A stretch of DNA of 64,000 bases from Flaccisagitta enflata (GCA_965153355.1 OZ231126.1:21886001-21950000); one strand, 5' to 3'; counted from the stretch's first letter, positions 1 through 13,312 are shown. Notes: a model not told the origin generated them from the sequence alone. A program made the numbers and translations.

Positions 1-962
1 ATTTTCATGGGTTATCTTTATTCTAACATAAAAATCAAACACATGGAATTAGAAATTTGTTCTTGGTACCATTTTTAAGAAAATTTGAAGCTCTTTAATT
101 TGCTTCTGGATAACGAGTAACAGTTGGTGAGGTTTTAGATATGGTTTCTTTTTTGGTTAAAGAAACTTATATCAAGGCTTTTGGTCACATCTTTCAGCAA
201 GTAAAAGGTATTATCATGGGTGGCAAAATTTCTGGTTGGCTCTCTGATTGCTCTTTGATGGTTGATGAATTTCGTTACGTTAAATCTAAGGTCTCCTCCG
301 GTTTAAGGGAAGATGCTTGCAGGCTTAAGTTTTTCAGACGTTACAGAGACGATTGCACTACTCTTAATTGTCCCAAATTCATTGATATTGCTAGAGAGAT
401 TTATCCACAGAGCTTGTCGTTAACGCAGGAAAATGAAGATCCCAGTAAGGCTAATGTTCTTGATTTGGAGGTTAGCATTGCAAACTCTATTTGTACTACA
501 AAGGTTTATTGTAAGACAGATCATTTCCCCTTTGAAGTCATCTCTTTTCCCTTCCTTGAAAGCAACATTGATAATGGTCTATGTTATCGAGTTTTTTACA
601 GTCAGGTCATTTGATTCCAAAGGTTGTGTTCTAATCGCTGTGATTTTGAGACAAGGACTAGACATTTAGGTATTGTTCTGAAAGGACGTGGTTACATTAT
701 CTCTTGGCTTGAAAAGGAATTTTGTAAAGCAGTAAGAAAATATATCTCTGAGTTTCAAAAGTGGTCTCTTCCTTTTGATTTCAATGCCTGGTTCAAACGC
801 ATAATGAATAAACGCCGTGACAGTCAATCTGCTTTAGATGTCTCTACATCCTCTCAGCCTGTATCTGGTCAATCTGCCTTGCCTGTCCCTATGTCCTTCT
901 CCCAGCCTGTACCCGGTTTCGACTCACGAAGTGATATTTTGAGTTACTTAAGTCAACCTTAG
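1..962 (+). mobile_element. Penelope-like element reverse transcriptase, C-terminal part, degenerate (in-frame TGA at 612-614); runs off the left window edge
   Basis: ORFs 141-614 and 624-962 are in the same frame. PLE RT motifs: FQQVKGIIMGG, FFRRYRDDC (YxDD), VLDLEVSI, KVYCKTDHFPF..SFPFLESNI, and thumb motif YSQVI*FQRLCS. No GIY-YIG domain follows the RT. The frame upstream of about 120 is disrupted. Confidence 0.85.
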
Positions 963-2204
963 AGTCTTTGCTTTAAGCATGGTGGACTGTTTACATAGCC
1001 TCAATGATTTTAGCATTTGGCAACTGTTGCTTGTGTACTATTTACATAGACTTTAGCAGTTGTTGCTTACTCTTTTGATTGACTTACTATAGGTAGTATG
1101 CCGGTTTCTCTTTTGATTTTCACAGGTTTTGAATATTTTAAGGTTTTAAGGTTTTTCAAAAATCTAGACTTCTAGTTTTCATTTTAGTTAAATTTTCAAT
1201 TTCAAGTTTTGAATTTTAAGTTTCAAATTCTAAGTTTTTAAGTCTTTAAGTTTTGAAAAAAATATAAAAAATTTTTAAAAAGTTTTTTAAAATTAAATTT
1301 TTTTAAGTTTTTGGATTTTAAAATTTTTTGATAATTTTGGAAAAATTCTTTAAAGTTTTTGGGAATTTTTAGGAAATTTTTAAAAATTTTTAAAGTTTTA
1401 AAGTTTTAAAAATTTTTCAGTTTTCCAAAAAATTTAAGTTTAAAGTTTTTTTCATTTTTCAAAATTTTTAAGTTTTTAGTTTTTAAGTTTAAATTTAAAG
1501 TTTTTTCTTATTCCTTCCCAATTGTCTGTACTATTTACTTAGCCTTAAAGTTGGTTTGGAATAAGACTCTTTCGTTCTACTCCTGATCTAAGTTTCTCCC
1601 CCAACCTACCCCTACCCTCTTCCTACCCTCCCACCACTACCTCCCACCCACTCTGCTACCCCCACCTTTGACCCAGCCCTACCTCCTACCTACCTACCTA
1701 CTCCAACCTCCCACCTACCCCTACCTACCAACCCCTGCCTACCCTTCTACCCATACATCCTACCTTCTCCTATCTAACTAACCCCATCTCCTACCTACCC
1801 TCCTACCCAACCTCTTACCAACCCCTACCTCCTACCTACCCCACCTTTTGTTTATTTTATCGCATATCTCCCTCTACCTCTACCTTACACTGCCTCTACT
1901 TTCTTTGACCATTTGTTTTTTCCTTTATTTCAACTATCTTCACCTGTACCTTTGACCACTGAAGCCCTGTTGATCACATGACCTATCCTCTTCCTCATCT
2001 TCACCTTTCCTTACCTGTCCTATCAATACTGTCATTTCGCTACACTGTATCTTCTCCACCACAACCTTTATTAAACTTTTTATGATTTATTCTCCTATTT
2101 TCCTATTATCTCCTCTATGTTTTGGTATGGGTAATAGCAAGGGTGATGGGAAGCCTCAAAACCCGCCAAGACCATGTGTTGACTTTAAGCACAAGTCTTG
2201 CCTG

Positions 2205-2722
2205 CTGGGTTGGCACGCTAATTTCAGCCACTTGAAAAAAGCCGGATTAAACCAGCTGGATTAAATTGGCTTTTTTCAAACGATTTTTGAAAAAAGCCGG
2301 CTAAAATTGGCTTTTTTCAAAATTTTTTTGTAAAATCACCGAAAATCCAAAAATTTCCCAAAAACCTAGTTTCTCAAAGAATATTTTTTTTGCCTGACAT
2401 CGATGATGACTCTCTGGCGCTTTTGGAAAATCCCGAGGATGAAACGGTGACTTAGGATTGATCAGGTGAGAAACATCAAAAGGTGACTGCAGCTCCAACT
2501 GTTATTGATTCCATCGCCAACAAGGTCAAGTATAGCTGTTTTTCTCATCTTGCACTATATATCAACATTATTTTATTATTTTTATACTGATTGCTACTAC
2601 TTCCACGGCGCATTTTTGAAAAAATCCGGCGTTTGAAAAAACACAGGATTTTAGCCGGTTTAATCCATTTTAGCCGGCTAAAATTGGCTTTTTTCAAAAA
2701 AGTGGCTTTTTTGCCAACCCAG
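2205..2722. mobile_element. hAT-like MITE
   Basis: TIRs CTGGGTTGGCA / TGCCAACCCAG; perfect 8-bp TSD CTTGCCTG (2197-2204, 2723-2730); subterminal AAAAAAGCC/GGCTTTTTT motifs. Confidence 0.85.
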
Positions 2723-3921
2723 CTTGCCTGGTCCACAGTCCAGGTTTACTTATCCATTTATGTTGGAGATACTTTTTAGTATTTATATCTTTTGCTGTTA
2801 GTCGAATTAAACGATTAAGTCTTTTAACCTCTGATATACAATCCTGAGCTGCATCATCGACAACAAGGCCAACACCTATTAGTCCCGTGCGAGACTTACA
2901 GATTGACTTAGAATGACTTGGAATGACTTAGAATGACTTAGTATACCCTAAATAGACCCTAAAATGACTTAAATCATCTTTGAGAAATAAAATTGATAAA
3001 AAAAAAAGGAAAGGTGTGACTTGATGTCTTCACCTCAAATGAAAATTGAAGCTAAACTACTTGAGACCAAATTAATTGTGACATTGCATGTTATCCATTC
3101 AAAGGATTTTAAGTCGCATGTTATATGACCCTAAAAGCCACTTTATGATCAGTTTGTCCATTGGTCCGCCAATTCCCCTCTCTCTGTCTATCACAATTAA
3201 CTTTAGAGGCATTTTTTCGCATCTTTCACAATTTTGAACTCGGAAATGGAGACCACTTATTCAAAGGTCATTTTACAAATTCCAGTCTGTCTGTCTGTCT
3301 GTCTGTCCCATCTTTTGTGAAGATGCCAATACATGCAACTTAGGTCCAATGACCTTTTTATAGTCATAGCTGGCTCTAGACTCTAGATAAGCATAACATC
3401 ACAAAAACTTAATTTCTAAAAAAAAAATTCCTATGTATGAAAACACCACATTTTGCTTAATAAAAAATCTTAGGATTTTACATAAATCTTTCTTTTTAGA
3501 TTCAAGGGGTCTCAGGGGGGGACAGTGTATACGGGTATGTGCAGACAAATTTAAGGATATTACTCCTGTGTTCTATAGAAAACTGGCCCTTTGGGGCCGC
3601 TGTCAATAAAGCAATAGCCAGTAAAGAAAAGTTTGTATTCATAGTGGATGTGCTTTGGTGAAGGGGGCGGTCAGCTTGGCCCAGGGGGAGGGGGCCTCGC
3701 TCCCCAGATAGCCCAGGGCCTCGCAAATGGTTGATCTGGCCCAGAATTCGAGTAGATTCGCGTTGAAATGTATAAAACCCAGCTCTCACCTAGCCCTAAC
3801 GCAAGCCCTGAACCTAACCCTAACACCACCCCCAACCCCAACCTTAACCCTAACCCTAAATAAAAACCCGCTTAGAAAGTCAGTAAATAAAAGACATCAT
3901 CAAATTCAATAACAGTACCAA

Positions 3922-4420
3922 ACAGGTCGCCCAAGGGCAATATGTGGTCAGCGATACCCGTTGCCCTGCTTTGCATGATTGTGAAATTGAGAGAGAGGAA
4001 GCAGGGCAGCGGCTCCGAAGGGGATGAAGTCCTGTAAAACACAGGGAGACTTTTTTTCGTCATTCCGTCCGTCCGTTCCCCCAGGCCCTCTCAGGCCTGA
4101 AATCTGCCCTCTCAGGCCTAAAATTAACCCTCTCTTTCCTGAAATCTGCCCTCTCAGGCCTTGAATCTGTGAAGTCAGATTTCAGGCCTGAGAGGACAGA
4201 TTTTAGGCCTGAGCAAACAGATTTCAGGCCTGAGAGGACAGATTCCAGGCCTGAGAGGGCAGATTCAAGGCCTGAGAGGGCTGATTTCAGGGCTGAGAGG
4301 GTAAATTTCAGGCCTGAGAAGGCAGATTTCAGTCCTGAGAGGGCCTGGGGGGACAAACGGATGAACGGACGGAATGATGAACAAAAGTCCCCCTGTGTTC
4401 TTCAGGACTTCGTCCCCTTT
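3922..4420 (-). mobile_element. HINE-like element, long-subTIR family (GGGCAGCGGCCCC...), with internal ~21-bp AGGCCTGAGAGG array
   Basis: Inverted ~55-bp arms (GAAGTCCTGT..ACACAGGG / CCCTGTGTTC..CAGGACTTC), a GTCC microsatellite and a conserved tail. Closely related copies at 47827-48306 and 44140-44946. Confidence 0.65.
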
Positions 4421-4953
4421 CGTTCATCCTACCTGAAGAAGTGGATGAAATGCTATAGAGGGCTTACTGAAGGCCTAAACTGAGGTCTAAGAAGGCTGAT
4501 GTAAGGCCTCAGAATGCCAATCGGAAGCTTGAGAGGGCTGACTTGAGGCTTGAGAGAGCTGGATTTAGGCTTGAAAGGTCAGAGGACCGATTTGAAGCCT
4601 GAGAGCAGCAAATTGAGGCTTAGATTTTGGGCCTGAGAGGCCTAATTTGAGGCCTAGGAGGCCAGGTTTGAGGCCTGAGAGGCCAGGTTTGAGGCCTGAG
4701 AATTTGGATTTGAGGCCTGAGTGGCGGATTTGAGGCCTGAGAGGCTGGATTTGAGGCCTGAGAGGCCAGATTTGAGGTCTCAGAGGCCAGATATGAGGCC
4801 TGATGGGCCTGATGAGGGGGGGACGCACGGACGAACAAACAAACGAATGGACAAACGAAAGTCCCCCTGTGTTCTACAGGACTTCGTCCCCTTTGGGGCC
4901 ACTGCCCAAAAACTATTGATCGCACAGAATTCTGCTTGGCACGATCTGTAAGA

Positions 4954-5116
4954 AAGAAGGCCATATACATGGCCAATACCAGTCGCGGACGGGTGGGCAC
5001 GGGCGGAAACACTGGTTTTTCCACTTTTCGACTCATGCTCACCAACGGACCAACCAACGGACGGACGGACGGACGGACGGACAAAGCCTCTTATAGCCGC
5101 TTGTCCGCGACTAAAA
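4954..5116 (-). mobile_element. Short HINE/DINE-1-like element (AGTCGCG family)
   Basis: The reverse complement starts TTTTAGTCGCGGACAAGCG, has a (GTCC)n tract and ends in a GGCC-containing hairpin in a T-rich context. Close copies at 23897-24073 (+) and 25904-26074 (-). Confidence 0.7.
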
Positions 5117-8100
5117 AAGCTTTTCATTTCATGGGTATTCTCGTTTGGCCCAAAAGGCTAACCAACTTTCTCAAACCAAAGCCAAATTATGGCTTAAGTT
5201 CATACTTGACTGAACTTAGAAAATTTTCAAATTCTACTTTTAATTACGCTTTACATTTCACAAAAATGGATAATTTTGAATATACATTTGGCTCTCATCT
5301 ATTGTTTGGACTTGAGACTCAAGACTCAATGAGAGGCGACGCCTGTCTGTCCATCAGTTGTCCATCCGTTTTTTCATTGTCTCAACCAAGGCCATATACT
5401 ATACGTTTCCCCCCCCCCCCACTCGCAGATGGGTGGGCAGGGGCAGAATAGCGAGAAAACGCTCAGACTTTGTTTTGGTTACGGACAGACCAATGGACTG
5501 AGCAACCGACCAACACAGCAAGGTCCGCGACAAAGAACTAAATCACTTCATGAATGAACGTTGAATCTTTTTCCTTTCACTATTGTGCTGATGTATAGTG
5601 CTGTATAGTTTGGGTGGACTATTAAGTGGTGATGTGACATACTCTTTTTAGACGGATTCCGTGTGCGTTCCAAGTTGAATTTTCATCGCTATAAGGGTCT
5701 CAATTGTTTAAAAAGTTACACCTAAAAAAGTTACAGACTCCCAAAAATGGCGTCAGAGGCAATATAGTGTGAAATATGTTACATGAATACATAAAATACC
5801 CACTATGGGGTATCAAATGAAAGCTCTTGATATACTGCATCGATTGATACCAATAAATGAGGTTTTGGAGTGAAAATTTTTTTTCGTCATACTACCCTAC
5901 TCTATTTTGTACATCCCTGTTACACTTCTTTTTTTATAAGCACAAATTTTTTTTCAGTTGAGGTTGAGCGTGCCTATCAAAATCCCATTTTTGAAGCTCA
6001 AATGTGCTTAAGTGCGTGCTTATCATAAATTGATGCAAAATATCCTATTTACAAGATATAGAACTGAATATTCTTTACAATGTAGAATAGTATAGATTAG
6101 TATAGAATAAAGTGTAGTTTAGAATACAATAAAGCATATCCAATATAGTTCTTTGGTGCTTCATTAGATTTTGTTATAGAGATGAATTTTATATTTTGAA
6201 AATAATCTATACATAATCCTTATATAATAGTATCTATTTATGATATTGTTAAGCATTAAATTTGAATATTTTTATCAATCTCAAAATCTTGCATATTCTG
6301 AAGGTTGAGCTTGGTCGGCTAATAAACAAGCCCAACAGGCCAACAGTAGCATGCTTCATTTTACAGTCACACACACAACCGTAGACATACATACTCCTTT
6401 CCTTCTTTCCTTCCTTCCTTCCTTCTTTCAATCTTTCCTCCCTACCTTCTCTCCTCCCTTCCTTCCTCCCTTCATTTTCCCTTCCTTCATTCCTTCCTCT
6501 CTCCCTCCCTTCCTCCCTTCCTTTCTTCCTCCCTTCCTCCCTTCCTTCCTTCCTTCCTCCCTTCTTCTCTTCCTCCCCTCCTTTCTTCCTCCCTCCCTTC
6601 CTTGCTCCCTAACCCCTTCCTCACTTGCTCTCTTCCTTCCTTCCTGCCTACCTTCTTTCCTTCCTTCCTTCCTTCCTTCCTTCCTTCCCATTCTTCATTT
6701 CCTTCCTTCTTCCCTCCCTCCCTCCCTCCCTCCCTCCCTTCCTTTTGTCCCTGCTCCCCAGTCCCCACCAAGGCCATGCGATATCTATTGTGTTTGTAAC
6801 AATACAATATGGATACAATATTTATACAATGTCGATACAATATCGATACAATATTGATACAATGTCGATACGATATCGATATAATATCGATACAATATTG
6901 ATACAATTTTTAATACAATATTGGTACAATATCAGTACCCTGAAGTACCCTAAATTACCCTTAAGTACCCTAAAGTACCTTAAGTACTTAGAGTACTCTA
7001 ATGTAACCTAAATTACCCTTATGTACCCTTGATAACCTCAAATTTTCATAAAAGGTCAAGATTTGTTACCGACGTACCGACCGCCAGAGCAAGGTGTAGA
7101 GTTGCGTGCACGGGACTAAAAAGTATGAAATTGAAAACATTTTTGACAATTTTGAATTCTGACTGAAACAAGCCCAAGAGGGCAACAGTTACGTGCGTCT
7201 TGAAATGACAAACAAATGGCTAAAAATGTCCCTCCTCCCCTTCAAGGCCGCGCGATATGTATTGATGCAATATCGATACAATATCGATTTAATATGGATA
7301 TAATACAATACAATATCACACCCAAAATACCCAAAAATACCCAAAATTATCCAAAAATACTCGAAATTACCCTATTCACTCGAAATTACCTTATTGCACC
7401 ATGAATGTTAAGGATATTAAAAATATTAAAAATGTGAAGAATGTTAAGAATGTTAAAAACTGTTAAAAAATGGTAAAAATGGTAGAAATGGTAAAAAATG
7501 GTAAAAAATGTTGAAAAATGTAAAAAAAAATGTTAAAAAAATTCTAAAAAAGTTAATAAGAGGTTAAAAATGTTAAGAAAAGGTTAAAAAGGCTAAGAAA
7601 TATTATTAATGCAAAAATGTTAGAAAATGTTAAAAAAATGTTAAAAAATGTCAAAATACCCATAAAAGTCAAATATTTAGAAATGATTTGGACCAATGAA
7701 CCGACAGACCAACAGACTTACAGACCTACCAACCAACAGACAAACATGTAGAGTCGCTTGCATGAGACTAAAAATGCTATTAGATTCTGTAAGATTCTTA
7801 AAAAAGAATACCTACAAAATTGTATTTTTTTTTCAATGTACCAAAAATTTTTCTAAATCGGAAATCTCAGCCTGGAGTGTGCTTAGCAACATGCTTAAAT
7901 TTTTCCCATATCTGAGGCTGGGCGTGCTTATAAATGAGGTGCCTTTAAAACAAGGCCGGATACATGGCAATCCAGTCGTGGACAGTTGGGCAGGAGCAGT
8001 AATGCAAAAACTGCTCAGAATTCAAAAATGTGACGGACCGACGGACCAACAGACGGACTTACCGACCAACACGGCAAGGTGTAGAGTCGCGTGTCCGCAA

Positions 8101-8117
8101 CTGAAAAGTGTATACTT

Positions 8118-8733
8118 TTTTGTTGCGTGCACGCGACTCTACACCTTACTCTGTCGGTCGGTCTGTCTGTCCGTCGGTCCGTCGGTCCATCCGTCACATT
8201 TCTAAATTTTGGACTTTTTTGAGTATTCAAAGGTACTTTAGGGTACTTTAGGGTACTTGAGGGTACTTGAGGGTATTTTAGGGTGCTTTTAAGACTTTAG
8301 GTACTTAAGGGTACCTAAGGGTACTATAGGTAATTTTGAGTACTTTGGGTTACTTCAGGATACTTAAAGGTACCTTAGGTAGTTGAGGTTACTTGTGGGG
8401 TAATTCAGGGTACCTCAGGGTACTTTAGGAACCATGTTTTAGTATTCTTGATATTTTAAGGTTACTTTAGGGTACTTAAAGTTTAGGTACTTTAGGTACT
8501 ATAGGTACTTTAGAATATTTTTGGGTACTTTTGGGTACTTTTGGGTATTTTTTGATATTTTTTGATATTTTTTGGTATTTTTGGATATATTTGGGTATTG
8601 TATTGTATTTATATTGTATGGATATCGTCTTGATATTGTATCGACATTGTATCGACATTGTATAAATACATATCGCGCGGCCTTTCGTTTGTCATTTCCT
8701 GACGCACGTGACTGTTGCCCTCTTGGGCTTGTT
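8118..8733 (+). mobile_element. HINE-like element with internal GGGTACTTTA array
   Basis: 5' TTGTTGCGTGCACGCGACTCTAC, GTCG/GTCC tract, 3' GTTGCCCTCTTGGGCTTGTT hairpin. Related inverted copies at about 6325-7122 and 7167-7774. Confidence 0.65.
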
Positions 8734-11159
8734 TTATAAGAACTGAGTTTATAAGAACGTTAGGCTTCAAACCATCAAAACTCAAGAACATGCTAAGAAC
8801 ATTGGAAGTCTTCATTTCTTCAAAAATTTAAGAACATTAGGCTTAAATAGACAGACGCTGTATCTTTTCTGTACAGCGAAACATGTCTCACTTTATATAG
8901 TTAGTATCTTTCTCTTTTCATTGATATTGATATTTACTTAAAATGTTTAAACCTGCTGCTTTGTTGTTTTATTGACATTTTCCTTCATTTTCTTCTTAAT
9001 GACAAACTCAACTACACTTTTTATCATTTACAAGAATATCATTTTTTGACCGAAGCCTTTAAAAGAGATAGAGATAGCTACTAATAAAATAACTACGATA
9101 TTCTTAATTTAAAAGCAATTTCAAGCCTTTATGTTCTTATAATGTGTAATTAAGAACGTTCTTAGTTGAAGGTTAACAACTTTGTCTAAATTAAGAACAG
9201 TCTAAGAACGTTTAAGCTTTGAAACAGCTCAAAATTTAAGAACATTGAAAGCTTGCCCAAAAAATGACGTTCTTATAAACAAGGCCAAGTAGGCCAATAA
9301 GGTGCGACGTGTGGATCGTCGAACGAATGTGTTACCCGACCAACCGACCAACCGACAGACGGACACAGCCAGTTAAAGAGGTGCTTTGTCGCACCTAAAC
9401 AAGGCCAAGTTATGGCCAATAAGTGCGCCTCGCTTGATTAAGAATTTGTGGATGAACGTTTTGAATGAATGAATGAATGAATGAATGAATGAATGAATGA
9501 ATGAATGAATGAATGAATGAATGAATGAATGAATAAATAAAAGGATGAAAATGAGCGTGGTGAGGCATGAGAAGTGATAGTAATGAAGAATTGGCCGTTT
9601 TGAGCGATTTAAACGATTGCGTTACCAACCGACCGACCAACCGACCGACCGACCAACCGTTCAACCAACGGACATGACCTCTTATAGAAGTGCGAGGACG
9701 CACTTAAAAACGAAAAGTGTCATTGGATTCTCATACGACAGAACCTTTTGTTTCAAGTGAAACTAGGATAAGCGACGTCAAAAAATAACGGAAGAATTGG
9801 AAAAAATACCGATGGAAACAAAAGAACAGTTGGCACAAAAGAGACAACGGTCCTGTCTTTGGACGGTTGACATTATTTTAGGACAGATTTAGCCTTTAGG
9901 ACAGCTTCGGGTCAGCTCATGGTAACATCAAGGTCGGATTATGAAGTCTTCAAAATTCCTCCATCAATGCTTTTCTTTCTTTCTTTTATGTGTTGGACCA
10001 TACTATGATGATGGCTCACAAGTCAATACACTTTTTTTTTTTTATAAGAACCTAGTTTATAAGAACATCAAGGCTTTGAATCGCCCCAAAATTAAAAACA
10101 TCTTAAGAACATACGAAGGCTTCAAATCTTGAGAAAAAATTTTGCTTAAAGTAACATTTAAAGAATATTAACAAAACACTAATATTTTAGTATAACTAAG
10201 CTAAATTTTTTTTAATTTTTAGATGCGTCCTCGCATCTCTATAAGAGGGTGTGTCCGTCCGTCCGTCCGTCCATCCGTCGGTCCGTCTCCCATTCTCTCA
10301 AATTCAGTTTACAAACTCCCACACACTCAAAAACCACCCCTAACCATTATTAGATGCATCCTCGCATCTCTATTGAGCTGCCCTCCCAAACAGTTTCCAA
10401 TTGTTTAGCTAGCTTGATTGTTTATGTTGATCATGCCCCCATCCCTCCAACCAACACAATTCAATTTTTGTTACATTAAAATCCATGCATTACTTTAACA
10501 TATCCAGCACATTATTCATTAAGTTCTTTAAGGACCAAATGAAGTAAAAAATGTCATATGAAAGAAGTGGATTGCGTTTAATCTCCAAATTTTTATTTCC
10601 AATGATACTTTTAAAGAAAATTTTTTTAAAAATAAGGAATTCATGAAAAATGAACACTCAACTACTTTATGCAAATAGTATCCTACTTTCTTCAAATCTA
10701 TTCATGTCATCTATTCCAGTAAACTACCTGCTCAGTGACAATGCAAGTAAACCTACCAGTAACGACGAGGGCGCATCTATTGTTTGTCTATCAAACTTGT
10801 TAATATAAAAACCAATTAAATATCCCCAGATATTAATATTGAGAATTTGTTTTAATAGTATTCAAAAGAAATATATCAAAAATATATCAAATGATAGTAT
10901 ATTATAAGGTTCCTTATAGTTTATTTAGTATTTTAAATTAAGAACGCTCTAAGAACGTTGAAGGCTTTATTTGGCCGTGAAAATAAGAACATGAAGCCTT
11001 CGAAAAAAAAATGACGTTCTTATGAAAAAAAAAGTGTAATTCGATTAACTCAATTTGGGTGACATTCCAATCTTTTTGAGAAAACCCGCATGTTTGTCCA
11101 GGAATGCTTCAAGTTCAAGCAGTGTTTCTTTCGAACAGTCATACGCGAGTGCTCGTAAG

Positions 11160-11942
11160 ATCTTGCCAATTGTTGGGATCCATCTATAAAGAGGCTATCG
11201 ACTTCCTCAAGAAAATCGCGACTAAAGGTTCACGACGTTGGGGCCTTACGAACGCTATTGCCATCAAACAATTCTTTCAGCGTCTTTCAATCGAACTTCA
11301 CAGAGGAAACGCTGCTCTTCCACAATATAGTTTGAGGGAAAATAACAGGACCCGTTTTTGGTTGTTGGACCCATTTATTTTATTTTATTTTCATTGATTG
11401 GACCCATTTTTATTGGTCAGAGGACCCGTTTTTTAGAGACTTAGAAAATAAAAAACGGGTCCACTGACTGACAAAAACAGGTCCGTTCACTAAAAACAGG
11501 TCCGCAATCAATAGGTTATAATAGGAATATGCGGTAAAGCCATTTTTTAAGAAGCAATTTTCCTCATCACTGTATTGGTCTCACTATGCAGTGGTGAGTT
11601 ATTCTCATGTATGATATTGAACAGAGCTCCTCTTTTTTCCACCAAGAGGACCCGTTCTGACTATAATAAAAAGGTGAATGGACCTGTTTTTTTTCAGTCA
11701 GAGGACCCCTTTTTCATGGACCCGTTTTTTGCACTTATGGGACCCGTTTTTCATGCTCATAAGACCCATCAAGTGAACTCATTTTTGACAGTCAGGAGAC
11801 CCGTTTTTACGGGTCCCTAATGTAAAAACAGGTCCTACAACCAAAAAATGGGACCCGTTTTTATCTATTGAGAAAACAAGTTTAAACTAGGTTGTGTCTT
11901 CTGAAAGAGCGTGACGCAGAGCCGCCTGACACTGGCGTTTAA
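11160..11942 (+). pseudogene. 3' fragment of an RLE-type (CRE/NeSL-like) non-LTR retrotransposon ORF, interrupted by a MITE
   Basis: LGSIYKEAIDFLKKIA...QFFQRLSIELHRGNAALL matches the QRLS...RGNA tail of restriction-like-endonuclease retrotransposons. Removing the MITE plus one TSD restores the frame to ...RGNAALLKERDAEPPDTGV*. Confidence 0.75.
11321..11896. mobile_element. Transib-like MITE (CAC termini, 5-bp TSD)
   Basis: Termini CACAATATAGTTTGA / TTTAAACTAGGTTGTG; TSD TCTTC (11316-11320, 11897-11901); many internal GGACCCGTTTTT motifs in both orientations. Confidence 0.75.
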
Positions 11943-12080
11943 AACAAACTTTCCAATAATAAGTGGTCTTTCGCTCGTTATTATGCTGCCTCGCTATTGT
12001 TCGCTCTTTATTTCTTTATTTCTATGTTTTTCTTTCATCATGCAACTTCTTTGGAGTTTTATATATCTTATTTGTTGTTT

Positions 12081-12589
12081 TTAGTCGCGTGAACGCGACT
12101 CTAGAAGCCGCTATGTCGGTCGGTCGGTCGGTCTGTCGGTCGGTCGGTCGGTCGGTCGGTCCGTAACTTTTTTGAAATATAGGCTTTATAGTCGTTTTAA
12201 AGGTTATTGAAGGTTATTAAAGGTAATTATAGGTAATTTTTGGTAATTATAGGTAATTTCAGGTATTTTTAGGTATCTTTAGGTAAATATTGGTATTTTA
12301 GTAATCTGTATGATATAAGTCAGAAAAGTCGCTCGTACTATAAATTGAGGTAATGGTAGGAAATATTGGAAATAATGGGTAATTATAGGTGATTATAGAT
12401 AATTTATGGTAATTTAATGTAATTGTAGGTAATTATAGGTAGTTGTAGATAAATGTGGGTAATTATAGGAAGATATAAGTATAAAGTTATCTTCATTATC
12501 TTTATTCCCTTATTACCTTAACTACCTTAATTACCCTAATTACCTTTATTACCCTTATTACCACGCGACTAAGGTTTGTTGACCTTGTT
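12081..12589 (+). mobile_element. HINE-like element with GGTAATTATA array
   Basis: 5' subTIR AGTCGCGTG, (GTCG)n tract, 3' subTIR CACGCGACT (12562-12570), then hairpin AAGGTTTGTTGACCTT; T-rich insertion context, no TSD. Confidence 0.75.
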
Positions 12590-12801
12590 CCTCCTATCTC
12601 TCACAGAAAAAAAAAAGATCCATCTAAACCTCGAATATCTCTACATGATTTCTTCATAGGCTAAAACTAGATTGAACTAGGATGAATTGTTGCACACATC
12701 ACACAGTTGGAATTTCAAAGCCCTATGAAATTGATTCCAGATTAAGCGAGACTCCATTGAAATTGTAGAAGGGGATTGGAAATCTTTGGCGACAGGTTGG
12801 T

Positions 12802-13015
12802 ATGATGACCAACTCGTCAACAGCCTCAACAATGTCCAAATCATCTTCCAACTCAACGTCCAAGACGAGAGCCTTGGAGATCCTTTCTTCGATCGGGCAT
12901 CCGTCAACGTTGACTTTGGCGTCCGCTTCCATCATCTTCAACTCGCTCATCATCGCCGTCATCTTCAATCAACGGCGACTTACGCGTCGACAAGACGCCT
13001 CCACCACGGCATTTC

Positions 13016-13107
<92 letters not shown>

Positions 13108-13312
13108 CGTTTATTGCGCCCCCTAACGTCAGGTCGCAATCCTCGCGCTCAAGCTCAGATTCACCTTTTGAGTTTGGCCTTTTCCGATTTGGCCGTTGGT
13201 GTGGTGTATCTCAGTCTCGGCGTCTTTTATCAGTCCCTCGGTGACGTCAGTTTACTTCCGGATTCATTCGGTGATTCAGCGTCATTCCGTTGTTGGTTTT
13301 ACGCCCTTACAG
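12802..13312 (+). CDS. Class A (rhodopsin-like) GPCR, exon 1 of 2 (N-terminus, TM1, polyQ ICL1, TM2, start of TM3)
   Basis: Ser/Thr-rich N-terminus with N-x-S/T sites; TM1 LTLASASIIFNSLIIAVIF; TM2 IHLLSLAFSDLAVGVVYL (LAxxD); phase-1 donor ACAG|GTAG at 13312/13313. Confidence 0.85.
13015..13107 (+). repeat. (CAA)31 coding microsatellite (polyQ)
   Basis: Uninterrupted CAA run in frame within the GPCR exon. Confidence 0.95.

Noticed and set aside
3790-3860. Telomere-like TAACCC repeats
   Set aside because: Only a few degenerate units in an interstitial position; such tracts are common inside non-autonomous DNA elements.
4060-5127. ORFs with RPERADF / SGLKSAL repeats (also 47651-48248)
   Set aside because: Translations of the 21-bp internal array of a repeat family, open in several frames on both strands.
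12786-13244. Overlapping poly-Thr and poly-Leu ORFs
   Set aside because: Alternative frames of the (CAA)n tract; only the polyQ frame carries GPCR TM motifs and splices in phase.
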